Shown here one piece after another: positions 34,370 through 48,000 of a stretch of 64,000 nt of DNA. Position 1 is the first letter of the stretch. The number at the start of each line of letters is the position of its first letter. Origin of the DNA: Nemertoderma westbladi (lineage: Eukaryota; Animalia; Xenacoelomorpha); the NCBI GenBank assembly GCA_032718475.1, contig JAUCBJ010004144.1, positions 1 to 64,000 of the forward strand, read 5' to 3'. The translations under genes were made by a program, and so were the position numbers. The notes below the pieces were generated by a model. The model had not been told where the DNA came from. It did no database searches and saw nothing but the letters and a program-made list of their open reading frames with translations.

Positions 34370-35940
34370 TGCTATCATACTATCTACCTACTACTTATTT
34401 GCTAACTATCTAACTATCTTACTTTCTACTAACTCTACTCTCCGCTAACTCTCACTACTTCTGGCTCTAACTAAAGCCTCTAACTTTCTACTAACTCTAA
34501 CTAGAACTACTAAGTCTAGCTAACTCCTACTAACTCTCTACTTCTACTAACTCTACTTGACTCATCTAAGTCTACCAACTCTCTAGCCCTTTAACTAGAA
34601 CTCCCTAACTCTACCCACTCTTCTAACTACGTGGCGCTTGCGGTGCCCACAACCACTCTACTATCTGGCACCCTATGTGCCCTCCCTGCTCTACTCTACT
34701 ATCTGGCACCCTATGTGCCCATCTCTACCACTCTACTCTATCTCTAACTCTCTAACTCTACTACCTGGCACCCTATGTGCCCTCTCTACTATTCTACTAC
34801 CTGGCACCCTATGTGCCCTCTCTACTACTCTACTCTATCTCTAACTTACCTCCTTTACATCTACTCCCTTTACGTCTACTCGCCTACACGTGACGCTCTG
34901 AATGCCGGCAGAGTGGGTACGTTAATTATGTGAACTACTACTGACTCTACTAACTCTCTTCTAACTCTACTAACTCTTTTTGTGCCCGGCACCTCTTGTG
35001 CCCGGCACCTTCTAACTCTACTAACTCAACTAACTCTCTACTAACTCAACTAACTCCACTACTAACTCAACTAACTCTACTACTAACTCTTTTTGTGCCC
35101 GGCACCTGTTGTGCCCGGCACCCACCCTAATTAACATACCCTGCTCTTACATCAAACACATCATCACGCCCGTGCCCCACTAAGTTCAGCGCATTCCCTA
35201 CTAACTCTAACTACGTGGCGCTTACGGTGTCCACAACCCTCTACTGCTACTACTAACACCCCTAACTAGCGGTACTACGTACCCTCTTACTACTCTAGCT
35301 CTCTCTACTAGCTAGCGGTACAACGTACCCTCTAACTCTAACTAACTAGCGGTACTTACGTACCCTCTAACTCTCTTCTACTAACGGTACTACACGTACC
35401 CTCCTACTAACTCTTCTACTAACGGTACTACACGTACCCTCCTACTAACTCTTCTACTAACGGTACTACACGTACCCTCTAACTCTTACTCTAACTAGCG
35501 GTACTACGTACCCACTAACTCTAACTCTAACTAGCGGTACTACGTACCCTCTAACTCTAACTCTAACTAGCGGTACTACGTACCCTCTAACTCTAACTAA
35601 CTCTAGGTACTACGTACCCTCTAACTCTCTTCTACTAACGGTACTACACGTACCCTCCTACTAACTCTTCTACTAACGGTACTACACGTACCCTCCTACT
35701 AACTCTTCTACTAACGGTACTACACGTACCCTCCTACTAACTCTTCTACTAACGGTACTACACGTACCCTCCTAATAACTCTTCTACTAACGGTACTACA
35801 CGTACCCTCCTACTAATTCTTCTACTAACGGTACTACACGTACCCTCCTACAAACTCTTCTACTAACGGTACTACGTACCACCCTTTAACTAACTAACTA
35901 ACTAACTAACTAACTCTTACTACCTAACTTATACCTACTC
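34370..35940 (-). repeat. Low-complexity CTAACT-rich 3' region of element B with arrays of short hairpin units
   Basis: GGCAC-CCTAT-GTGCC units (~34665-34820). GGTAC-TAC(AC)-GTACC units (~35270-35880), partly with a 38-bp period. Confidence 0.85.
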
Positions 35941-36288
35941 TATTATTTAATTATTTTCTTATTTTTAATTAAATAATTATTTTATATTTTGTGCGTGGGA
36001 AGGGCGTCTCGCCCTCATTCCCACCCCCCTCAGTCCAAAACTTTGGACGACTAAAAACTCTCACGTGCCCCTTCTTCCAGTAGGCACTCTCCTGCTGCCC
36101 TCCTATACGTCCTCTAACTCTTCGCCACACTCTCTTCGGTGCCACCTTTGCTGGCCTCCCCCTTCGTATGTGCGCTGGCATTAGAGCCCTCGACGACCCC
36201 CGCTCGTCCCTCGGTATACGCGGTGTCTGCCCATGTAATGCCCCCTCGCACTGTGTCAGCCCTGCGTGTGTATGCAACACGCCTCCTT

Positions 36289-39200
36289 CTACTTTCCCGA
36301 CTCCCTTATGCTTGCTATGGGCTTCTCTGCCCCTGGTTTAGTCCTTTCACATCCTCTCCCTTTCCAACACTCTCCGGATCTGTGTCCTTTTACCACACAT
36401 CGATGACATAGTCCGTTTGCGTCTGTGTAGGCTACACGATCTCGTTTGGGCAACGCTTGCCAGTACTTGCAACTCCTGGTCTTATGGGTTCCGTCCCGAT
36501 GTAATTGACATTGGAATCCTGGATTATAGCGTTTCCTGTATAGTCCTTCACGTATCGCGCTTAGGTTTATATGTACCGATTTAATGTTTTGGTTGTCTAG
36601 ACTCGGCCTACTGGGTATATTGGGATTGTTTTTATTTACGGTGTTATTTTCTTTCTGTCCCTGCCACGGTGTGGCCCTGCTACCAGCTAACTGTGGACTA
36701 GCAGTCCCCTGTATGGCCGCGTGTGGTGGTGACTGTCCGCACGACCTGCTCTCGTCCAGGGAGTTCGATATTCTTGCTCCTATCGGGGTATATTGTCGAT
36801 ATTGTGATGGGGGAATGTCACCCTGTCCCCCCCCCAGCCGGTATGTTTGGTACTGGGGTTGATGTTAATACATTGGGGCCCATACGTCTATCTCCAATAA
36901 CTCCCCCCTCCCCTGGATATATGTTATGTCCCTGTGTATTATAGTCATGCTGCTGTACCGATATAGGCCTACCTACCTCTCGCCTACCTACCGGTATGTA
37001 CTCCGCGACTTCCGGGTTTAATCCCGTCGTTCGCGCTACCCCATCGCCTACTCTATCTCTCCCAGCATGGCCTATAATAGTATGTGCAGTAAGGCCTACA
37101 GTATGTCCTGCAGTCTGCATGTGCCCTTCCGAACCGAAGTTTATTCTTCGCGAATCTCGAATCTCCCCGCGACTACCGTACTCTCGATCGGCAGCTATAT
37201 CCCGTCGGGAAGCTTCTCTTCGATCCCCTATCCTGCTCTCGTCTTCGTATTGGTACGTCCTGTACCCCTCTCTTGGTGTGCGGTGCGTTTCTCCGGGGCG
37301 ACGGCAATCTCCCGAAGTTCGACCCCACTGGCTCCCTGACTCCATCTCTACTGTCGACGGTCCGTTATCCGTCCTCGCACTGCTATCGTTCGTGGCGACA
37401 CTTCTTCTACTATCTTCTCTTCTTCTCTTTTCTGTGTAGTATTCCGGCTCGTGAGATCTCTCGTCGACCTCCCGGTTAAACTCCACTGTTCTTCTTCTCT
37501 CTTCTGGTCGGGCTCGACGCTTCGCCTGCCCTCTCGCGACGTCAACCTGCCTCTCTCTGCTCGATCGCACGCCGCTGGGGGTACTCGCAATCCCCCTATT
37601 ACTCTCCGTCGCCGGGTGTTGCGGTTTACCTGATTCGGCCCGCGCATTATCCGCCGACGGCTGTGGGACACTCTCTGCCCCCCCTCTCTCTCTACTAACT
37701 TCTCGCGGTGAGGTGTCCGTAGCCCCCCCCCCACCCGCCACTTCTAACTTCACTACTCTCTCACTACACCTCTATACCCGTCTTGTGGGGCATTCTCTGC
37801 CCCCCCTCTCTCGCCACTAATCTTATGTGGTGGGGCGCCCGTAGCCCCCCCCCCCACCCGTCACATCTAACTTCAATATCTCTTACTTCGACTCTACACC
37901 CCTCTCTAGTCGACGCACTGTCTCCACTACGGCTGGGTCTATTCACCCCCGCCTCTCTCTCTACTACTGCGTGGCCCACCAGGCCCACTTCGGGTTGGCT
38001 CAACCCCGCTACCCCCTGCCTACCAACTACGTGGCCTACCAGGCCGCCGTCGGGTTGGCTCAACCCTGCCACCTCCTGCCTACTAACTACGTGGCCTACC
38101 AGGCCACCGTCTGCCGGGTTATGTACGTCCGACACGCTCATATTAATAGCACCATTCCCAATATTATTTGTTAAATCAATTAAATTATTAGAATTTGAAA
38201 CGAGATTTGAATTATTTAAATTAGAATTATTACTACCAGGTAAAATATTATTTGCTGCAATAAAGGGATTAGGGTTATCTACTACGGTACTATTAATATT
38301 AACATTTCCTAACGTACTACTACTACCCCCCTCGCCCGTACGGCTACACCAGTTCTGGTTCTCTCGCTCGGTGCTTGTAAGTGGGGGCTCCCTCTCTGAT
38401 ATTTCCAACCGCGCCAGTTCTAGTCGGCGCTGCTCTAGTTTGGCTTGATATTGCGCAAGCCTCCCTAGCCGGGCACGCAAATCATCCCGCTCACGCTTAC
38501 CCTCTATCTTTCTCTTTCGCATATTCTGCTCGCCCGACTCAACTCTCGCAATTATCTCAAGCCACGTCGCCGGCTCGTCCCCTACTCTCATCTTCCGCTC
38601 TACACACTCCTCGACTCTCTTACACTCCTCGACTCTCTTTCTATACTCTCTTAACTCCAACTCTCTTAACACCTTTAAGACGGCGGTTTTATCCCTCAGT
38701 TGCCGCTCTAAGCTTTTCTGCTTTGCCGCCGCCCTTTCTAAATCATACGCCAGATTTATCTCCCGCACCCTTCTTTCTTTTGCGGAGGATGTAGCAGACT
38801 TATCGGTTGCGACGGACTCCCACCCCCCCCTCTGTCCTACTAACTCTCCCCCGCCTCCCGGAACTTCCTCCGACCGACGAGACCGAATCCTCGGAGTTAA
38901 CCTCGGATTCGCCCTCCTGCGGTCTCTTCCAACCCACTAATTTTACTCCCCGGGCATCGACTAAGTATGGCCCTATGTACACTACACTAGGCTGCATACC
39001 CCTACATTCCCATAGTTCAACCAGTTCGTTGACAACTCCTCTCGCCCTCAACTCTGCTAGTTCTCTCTGTCCAGAACACACTAGGTGATCAAAGTATCTG
39101 TTCGACTCACCTAGTCGCTTTCTCAGTCTCACCTCGTCTATCTTCGCCCCCTCCTTGGCCTCCTTTCAGTAGTTCCCGGGTCGCGTTGTAGGCCCGTCGA

Positions 39201-39601
39201 AGTCGATCAGAAACCCCGACGTCCTCGTCGCCGACCTCTCCTCTGTCTCTCCGGGTCCGACGTCGTACCGACGGCCCCACCGTTGCCGTTCCGGTGGACC
39301 GTCCGTCGTCCTCGGCCTGTGGCTGACCGGTGACATCGGTATGTCGACCCTCGCTCCGCGTCGACTCGTCTTTCTCGTCTCCTCCCTCGCTCCTCACTCG
39401 ACTCGCTCTCTCCGTGGTAGACGACCCCCCACATCTTGGTTCGCCAGGTTGCTCGTTATCGACGTGGCGTCAACCGGCGTCGACGTGGTCGGCGTAGCAT
39501 CGACTCGGCGTCGTGGGTTCGTATCGTCTCGCCGTGGCCTCGCGGATCGTTAGATCGTCGTCCGGGGTCCGCGGCGGTGTCGTTCCTATCTCTCGACTCA
39601 T
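36289..39601 (-). pseudogene. Frameshifted gag-like gene of element B
   Basis: Chained minus-strand ORFs (coiled-coil 37764-38768, R/E-rich 36818-37753). A further start-less frame 36289-~36835 encodes CQLHRDGTHKTRSC...GLCHRCVVKGHRSGEC, the BEL Gag knuckle pattern. The start position is uncertain. Confidence 0.7.
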
Positions 39602-39722
39602 CTTTGTCTTTGGTGGCTGGCAGCCACAGTCTGTCAGTTGGTTGGATCTAGTTCTATCACTGTCAGACTGTTAGGGCAGCTGCTAGGATTCTATCTCTGT
39701 CAGGGCAGCTGGGCGGATCTGA

Positions 39723-39731
39723 TTCTGTCAC
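39723..39731 (-). promoter_or_regulatory. Non-tRNA primer-binding site of element B
   Basis: Minus strand reads GTGACAGAA directly after the LTR. Its complement lies in the LTR at 39909-39917 (and 33643-33651). Confidence 0.65.
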
Positions 39732-40100
39732 TGTGACGGGATCTACGGATCCCGGTTTATCCGTTGGGTTTTCTATCCACGCGTCCCCGCCGTGTGTGAA
39801 AGGTAAAAGAGTTCTGATGTTGGGTAATATGTATAAAGGTATAATAGTCTGATAGTTGATATAGTATAGTATGACACAACAGGTAATATATAATGGCGGT
39901 AGCGGACGGTGACAGAAGTCCCCGTTCCACCCTACTGATCTGACTGAGTAAACTAAATGATATGATTACAGGTTACTGGTTATATTGCACGGTGGCCTTA
40001 TGCTAGTGCTACTCAATCGATGCCTTTCCCCCCTCTGATTGGTTGATATCCCTGTTGGCACCCTTTGGAGTGTTTCCCTTCACTCCCTGTGTTCTCTCTC
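39732..40100 (-). repeat. Element B 5' LTR, internal-proximal part (split by BEL-C)
   Basis: Matches 33466-33829. Confidence 0.93.
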
Positions 40101-42268
40101 TGTTAAACAACCGCGACACCTATACTAACAGCAGAACTGTTGAACAGACAAATACCCGTATACCTCTCTGCCAACCTAATGAGCTCTCGCCTAACCAATA
40201 AGACACAAAGACTGCTCTACTGTTAAGTAAAGGGGATCAGGAGTGTGCTATTACTAAATTGTAAGGGTTGCTAAATACAAAACCGCTACTTACCGTTGGA
40301 TGGCGCTAATCTGCCGTCCGCTAATATATTTTACTAAATTTACACAACTCCTGCAAAATCGCTTGTTCCTTTCTCTACCGATCGCTCGATAGAGAGCTAA
40401 CTGTTTGAATCTATGAGCCACGCGGGAATAACCAAAACAATAAACCCGAGTCGGCTCCCTAAGCTTACTTAAGACGAGTGCGAGGGGCTTTGCACTCAGA
40501 GTATATTCTTACGCCTAATTTTACTACTGAAATACGCCAATGCTTACGTCTTTTCTAATCGCGAATACTGAGGGTTCCCTAACGGAATGTGTGAATGCGA
40601 GAATATTTAAAATAATCAAAATTGGTACAGTACAATGTCTTTCGTAGGTGATACCGCTCTGGGTCTAAACTTGCCTGCAGCTGGCTTTAGGCCAGCAACT
40701 TACTAGTGTCTTGCGTACTGACTACTGCGATCTAGCTTATTGCCCGCTAATGCAAATAACCGCCTAGCGTGAATAGTTTACGGTACTCTAAATTATTACC
40801 TTAGCTACTCTCCGCTATGCTGCGTACTAATTCTTAATTTTACTAATTAATTACAGTCACAAATATGTAACAGCCTAAAATACTGTATTACTTTGACCTA
40901 ATCAGTAATTATTTACGGTAAACTAAGAGATAGAATCAATCAAAGGGAAAAGAGCGCCTATCTAAGCATTCGTAATCATAGGCACACTTTAGTAACACAC
41001 CAATCAGCGTCAGCAATCACAGATCACAATAGCACGACTTGCAATTATACAATCTGCAATTATATAATTCGCAACATAATAATTCGCAATTGACTAATTC
41101 GCAATCTACTTACTCGCAACTTACTTACTTACTTACTGTAAGGTATGCAGGCCCCTCCCGGGTACATCTAGGCTTCCTAACTAACCCAATTCCTGCCCCC
41201 TAATACTAAATAGAGACAAAACCTTGGATCATCAGCCCCCTAATTACTGTACCGGCGAGCGGTCTCCAACCCACAGTCCAAACTGCCCGACCACAACGTT
41301 GACCCCCGCCAGCGTTGCCCGCTTTTGAATCCTCCGCACTCCCTTCGTCGCTAACCCCCCGATGAGCCCACCGCCTACTGGCACCTTAGCCCTCCATTAT
41401 GCTAATAGCTACCGTAGCGGCGCATGCAAATCACAAAGTCTGACAGTCTCAGGAATCCCTTAGGATTATTGCGCAGAAAGGAATCACATAGAACCATTAA
41501 TCAAAGGGTAGAAATCATAGTTCAATTGTAATTAGCAGTAATCGAAGGAATTAATTGAGAAACACAATCAAAGATAATCGCACTAGCAAAGCATTTCAAG
41601 AAATTAATCAAATTTAGCAAATTGCAGAAAATACGCTAAAAATTGAATAGAGACAGCTCAGCAAGTACAAGGTGATAGCAGATCATGTGAGGTGATCATG
41701 TGAGGTTCTACCGGCACACCGCCAATTTATAGGTGATCCGGATGGGGTGATGCAATAGGGTGACGCAATCGCTCTCCTATTGGCTCTCCAGTCCGCGCTA
41801 GCATTAGACCAACCTGGAAGCAGCTAGTCCAATAAGGAGGCCGGATTGTAGCCCTATTGCCTGCCCAAACCTCGAATTATTACCTTATATGGTAATGGTT
41901 CACGTCCCTGGCCGCTGAATGGCCAGGACAGCGTCCCTATATGATAGCCCTACTGATGCTAATATCAGCAAGCACAAAATCCAGGGTCCGAATGAACTTG
42001 CTACCCTGGGACTATCTACATATATCCTAATACAAAATTACGTAGGTAGGGCTACATACTATACAAAATGGATGGATGCAAAATATATGGGCGTTTTAAC
42101 TTCCTTACCTAAATGTCACCGCACTGTGCCTTATCTAAATAATTATACTGCACAACGGACTAATATTACGTACAGTATAACGGACTAATATTGCATACTG
42201 CATAACGGACTAATACTGCATACAGTATAACGACTAATAATGTGGATACAGCGCCATATACCGTAACA
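40101..42268 (-). repeat. BEL-C 3' LTR
   Basis: Direct repeat of 54427-56594. Preceded on the minus strand by GGAGCGG (42269-42275). Confidence 0.95.
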
Positions 42269-43141
42269 CCGCTCCAAGGGAAATCATATAATGTTTCCCT
42301 CCAATTGTAGAAGAGTATAAGGTGATGTATACAAAACAAAATAAATTTCTTCCAACCAATCTAAATACTTGATACTATAAGTCCTACTATTTACAAATAC
42401 TGCTATAGATATTGCATAATGAATTACATACAAATTAAATTTACAAATATTATCTCTCTCACTGTTTAACGATTATTACATACAAATTAAATTTACAAAA
42501 TATTGTTTCTCGTTCATACTACATAATGATTACTACATACAAAATTAAATTTACAAAATATTACTTCCTTTATTTATTTACAAATTGACGGTCTACCTAT
42601 TGAAATGGAACATGGCTAGGACAATGTCCCCCATTTCCCATCTCAATTAACGATCAACATTAACAAGATAAACTAAATATAAACGTATTTGAGGCTAAAT
42701 TTTTAACTAAATTGCATTAAAGGCCGATAATCAAATTAAATATAAAATACGTAATAATTTCTTTCATTTTCGGACTTTACTTAATTTCTTATAAAAAACG
42801 CAAATCATCTTGGTTTGATGATTGCAGGTAAGTGAAAGGAGTAAGCCAAACCCGCGGGTTTGTCTCCCCAATCACTTCCTTTGCCTCTTTCAATAAACTT
42901 TAGAGCAAATAAAGTCATATACACAAAATCAAATATAATATAGGCTCAAAATCATATTTCCAACGGACTATAAAGTAAAGTATTTCCTTTCAATATTTTT
43001 GGCCTTCGAAAATAAAACTCTAAAATATGGATACGACTAGTGTATATGAGTCCAGTCGAATGATTGATCAAAACCTATGATATACATCAGAGCGACGATG
43101 ATGTATATGTCTAGAGTTTGTCGCTCCGTGATATTATAGTC

Positions 43142-44246
43142 TTATCGGCTAGCTCCTGGGTCTCTCGGGCTCGCTCCTCTCCTTTGTCACTTCCCCAGAT
43201 ACACCAGTCTACCCCCTGTAGACTCTGTTGACGGCGTCCTTGAGGCGTCACTTCCCGGAACCGGCGACGACGTTCCCTGGGCACCGACTATCTCCCGACT
43301 GGTGCTCCTCCCTCGGCCTCGTCCCATTTGCCGTGTCCCTGTGGGCGCCTCCGCCAACTCCTTTTCTTCAACCGTAGAATAGAACTGCTCGTCCTTGGCT
43401 TGACGCTTGCCAAGGACTCCTCCTTCTGGTACTTGCCGCGAGCTGTGAGCTCCGGCTGTTGTCTCTGTGGGCGCGGCGGTCCTGATCCTCCACTCGTTCA
43501 GAGGTCAATGACCCCAAACGAGTCTCCTTAGGCCGCCAATTGTGCGCTGGGTAATAAATCTAGACGTATATATCAGAGCGACGATGATATATAAAGGATT
43601 GGACATATTCGGGCTTAATAATGCGTTCGTCGAAACTTCCCGAAATAATTTGGAGTAAATATCGTATAAACCGCGGATTGTGGGTATAGTTAGTAGACGG
43701 ATGGACGGCGCGAATCTCGTCTGGATACTCAGGCGTGACGCTTCTCACTCGGTGAGGTGAAGTAAACGCAGTCCAGGGACTCGAGAGCTCCAAACCCGCG
43801 GGTTTGGTACCCGAGTCCCGCGCCGCTTCGCGCCGCGCCTCTAGATCCTTATAGGCTCGGTATAGCGAAATGGCCGCCGCCGTGTCTATGCCGTGTCGAA
43901 CAGGGTTTAATCTCCGTATACGGATCTAAAGTCGTAACGGTCGGCGTAATGGGTCTCGGAGGTCGCTTTCCGCTGAAGTTGATACTGATCATCGGGTTGC
44001 TCATCGGGTAACCTCCCTCGTATATCTAAGGAACTGGTGAGCTTGACAACGCGTTAATATCGGTTCTGGATGTTGCTCGTCTAGTCGGTCGGGAATCGTG
44101 GGTTTGTATTTCCCATTTAGCTCCATCACCGACCGCCCATGGTAGTAAACGTTCGAATCTTTACATCCCGGTCGCGCGAATGGTAACTCCGCCTCCTCTC
44201 TGGCAGTAAATCCTCTGCGCGGTTGCGCTCTAATATCCTTCTCCAT
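43142..44246 (-). pseudogene. BEL-C accessory gene homologous to the BEL-A accessory gene, fragmented, without zinc knuckles
   Basis: ORF 44001-44246 (MEKDIR...), ORF 43560-43793 (...RYLLQI...) and a distal frame encoding MGRGRGRSTSREIV each resemble parts of BEL-A segments A-C. Confidence 0.6.
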
Positions 44247-45007
44247 TATGCCCCGAGTATATACATATATATCCCAATAAGTGTTCCGTTACGCAAACCA
44301 ATTACACTGTGGGTAATCAGTTAGATGTCGCCGAAGGACAGACCTCCCGAACCCCCCCCCCCGCTGCCTTCCAGCAGTTCAGGTTCGACTCTCTAGATCC
44401 CGTCTCTTCCTAACTAACTATCCTCTAACCTATTCCCATGCATAGCGCAAAAACTTTGGAGATAAACTGGCCGTGACCAACTCACTTTTTGATGCCCAAA
44501 CTACTCCCATTACTCGTACTGAACTACAGTAGTTAGAAAGGACCATAGCCACAATACTCGACTATACCAAACCCACAGGTTTGATAATCGAACATCACAC
44601 ATCCTGCAAACTACTGAGTGGGGTCCATGTACGCCTCTGGTGCTACTAACCTTTAGCACCTTAGTTGCACTGTTGGCACCAATCTGTGGAAGTTGCTAAA
44701 CTCAATTTACACTCCTACGTAATATAGCCGTCACCATGGTTTCTAAATGCTATTTTCCAGGCTTCACGACTTTTCAAATTACTGTTTATCTATAGACGAA
44801 TTCAAAATGCGTCTATACACAGCGTCTGGAATTGTCTTGGGTTCACTTCTAATTTTTAAAATTTTTAAATTTTCCAAAATTTTTGAAAATAAAATTTTGT
44901 TTTGATACCCACCAGACAAAACTCAACGCAAATCACCACAACCCGCTCCTATGCATTTCGTTGTATTTGCATACGAGGAATGCATATGAAGTGAGTTGCG
45001 TCCAACA

Positions 45008-48000
45008 CTAATTCTGTTTTGAGGCAGGAGACAAATTATAATCTCCCGTCTTGATACGTGTCTCCTCTAATAACACAATATCTTGGACCGGTCGGTCCAA
45101 GGTGTGTAAACCATTAGTTTTACACTTCTTTGGGTGTGGACACTTGCACCTAATTTTCACAGTGACTGTGCGCACTATGTTTTGCACGTCTGGGTGTGTG
45201 TGCAAGATAACTCCAGTCTCCCAATACTTTCTCTTGACAATCGGCTCGGTTATCAATACGTAGTCTCCCCTTTGGAGACTCCGAACCGTTTTGTACCACT
45301 TTGTTCTGGTGGATATGGTGGGAAGATAGTATTCCCGCCAATATTCCCAGAATGTGTACGCGACTAATTGTGTTACTTTCCAGCTCTTACGACTATATAG
45401 GTCGGCACTAATGGGTTCTGATGCCGGCACAAGAAATGCTGGACTCTGCATTAGCAAATGATTCGGCATTAATGCAACACCGTCTGGCAACATAGCTATC
45501 GGCCTCGAGTTTAGGGTATGCTCGATTTCAATGAAAGCTGTAACCAGTTCGTCGTCGGTAAGTTGTTTGTTCACAGGCAACGTCTTAGCAATGGCCTGCT
45601 TTACAGAGCGAACTAAACGCTCCCAACTTCCTCCTCTCCAAGGACTTTCTGGAGTATTAAATCTCCATTCTACTCTTTGCGGCAAAAGTGCTGCAGAAAT
45701 TTCCTTATTCTGTGCTGCTTTATGAGCCGCGTTCAACTCGTTATTCCCTCCGACAAAGTTTGTACCCTTATCGGAGTAGAACGCCTTTACTAGTCCTCTC
45801 CTGGCCATAAATCTCTTTAAGGCCAGGAGCAGAGATTTGGTCGACATGTCTGCCACACGCTCGATATGTATGGCTCTACTAGCCATGCATGTCAGTAGCA
45901 GACCCCATCGCTTGTGGGTCAGCCGTCCACTCTTTGCTTCAATCGGACCAAAACAGTCCACCCCTGTGTTCGTAAAGGGTGGGTCATATGCCTGCACTCT
46001 CGCTTCCGGGAGTTCAGCCATCTCCTGTTCCAATACTCTGGCGTTCACCCTCTTGCAAACCAGACAGGCGTCGTACATGGTGCCGACTGCCCTGCTTGGC
46101 TGCAATAGAATGAATCGCTGTCTCGCTGCCGACAAACAGTGTAACCTTCCCGCGTGATGCAACCTCTTATGTATATCCCATAGAATCGCTCTTTGCAATT
46201 CTATTGGGTGACTAGGGATTATCACTGGGAACCGAAACTGTGAGTTTATGTCGACAGTCTGGATTCTCGATCTATGACAAATTAAACCCTTATGGATTAA
46301 TGGACTCCATTTTCTAAGGGGTTTATAGAGAACTGGTCGTTGAGCCGATAATAGATGGAATTCTTTCGGGAAGGCACACATTTGATAATGCTTCAAATGC
46401 TTTAATTCCGCTTGATCAATCTCATCCTCTGTCAGAGGTTGTTTCAATTTCCGAATTCGCTCACTATTGGTGCTCAATGGTTCTCTCAAATGTTTCGAAT
46501 GTTTTAAACAAAGGTACGAAGTGTATCGGCTTAACCACGCAGTTCTTTTACAAATTGTCAGCCAAGAGGCAGACGAATTTAGTAATTTGTCATAAATACT
46601 GCATGACTCTAATGCCAGCGACGGTTGTCCGCTAACTAATGGAAGTTTCGAATCCAAACCCGCAGGGTTGGAAACCAAAGGATCCATTGTGTCGGTCATT
46701 TTCTGTCCGTCACTTACCAACTGTGACTGTCGTCTAGTCGGTAAGGGTGGTTTTACGTCATAACTTACCCTTCCGGACCTAGTAGTCACGTAAGTCTGTT
46801 GGTCTGACAGGTCTCCGGGCCGCTCCAATGACTCTTCAGGCCGCTCCAATGACTCTTCAGGCCGCTCCAATGACTTAAGTTTGGCTTTAGACTTCGACTT
46901 AGAGACTTTCTCCACCTTGACTTCTGCATCTTCAGGCATCGGATTGGTCACTATCTTTAGTCGCTCTGGCCAATGTTCCTGTGTCCTCGTTAGAAAGTCA
47001 GGTCCATGCAACCAAAACTCCTGAGACTCTTCCTGACAGAATTCCGCCGGCATTGCACCTCTCGAAGTTATGTCGGCCGGGTTCAACACTCCCGGACAAT
47101 GTCTCCATTGTTCCTTCGTCGAAAAATCAACGATCTGAGCGCGTCTGTTGGCCACAAATGTCTTTAGTGCAATATTGTCGGCCGCAATGTATACTAACAC
47201 CAAGGATGCGTCCGTCCAATAGAATAAGGTCAATGTCGTGTCTAACTCCTCTGTTATCTGCTTACTTACCTCGACCGAAACTACAGCCGCCTGTAACTCT
47301 GCACGAGGGACAGTCATGTATTTGACCGGCATTGTCTTTGATCTAGAAGTCACAAAGGCCGTTTCAAACTTGTCCTGACTTACCTCTCGGCGAAGGTAGG
47401 CTACCATACCAAAGCCGGTGTCACTTGCGTCACTAAATAGGTGGAGCTCTAAATCAGCTGGGAATACCAGCTGATTCGGAAAGTAGGAACGGGGTACATC
47501 TATATTTTTCAATAGATGTAACTCGGCTTCCCACTCCCTCCACTGCTTCGCATGTATAGGAGATATTGGTTCGTCCCACTCTATGTCGGACAACCAAATT
47601 TTCCTCATGCACGCTCGTGCCTGTAATATAACCGGACTGATAAAGTTCATCGGGTCAAATAGTCTACTTAAAGTCGATAAGCAAATTCTCTTTGTCAAAA
47701 TTTTGTCTGGGCTACTGGGCTCAAATCTAACTCTTACCTGGAACTTGTCTGTATTCGGATTCCAAGCGAGTCCCAGTACTCGCGCCATGGGGATTGGTTC
47801 TACCCCCAATTCAATGTCTCCGCTCCCGCGATCTTTCACCGGGAACGACTCTAATAGGGCCTCCGAGTTCGTAGTGAACTTGGTCAGAGGGAATCCCCCT
47901 GTAGCCAAGCACTCCTGTAGGCCGTGAGCCACTTCTATGGCTTGTTCCGCCGTGTCCTTGGACACCAATCCGTCGTCCATATAGAAGTTTCTCAAGATGG

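Noticed and set aside
34370-35940. Telomeric repeat tract
   Set aside because: CTAACT-like words are irregular and internal to an LTR element, not a perfect TTAGG or TTAGGG array.
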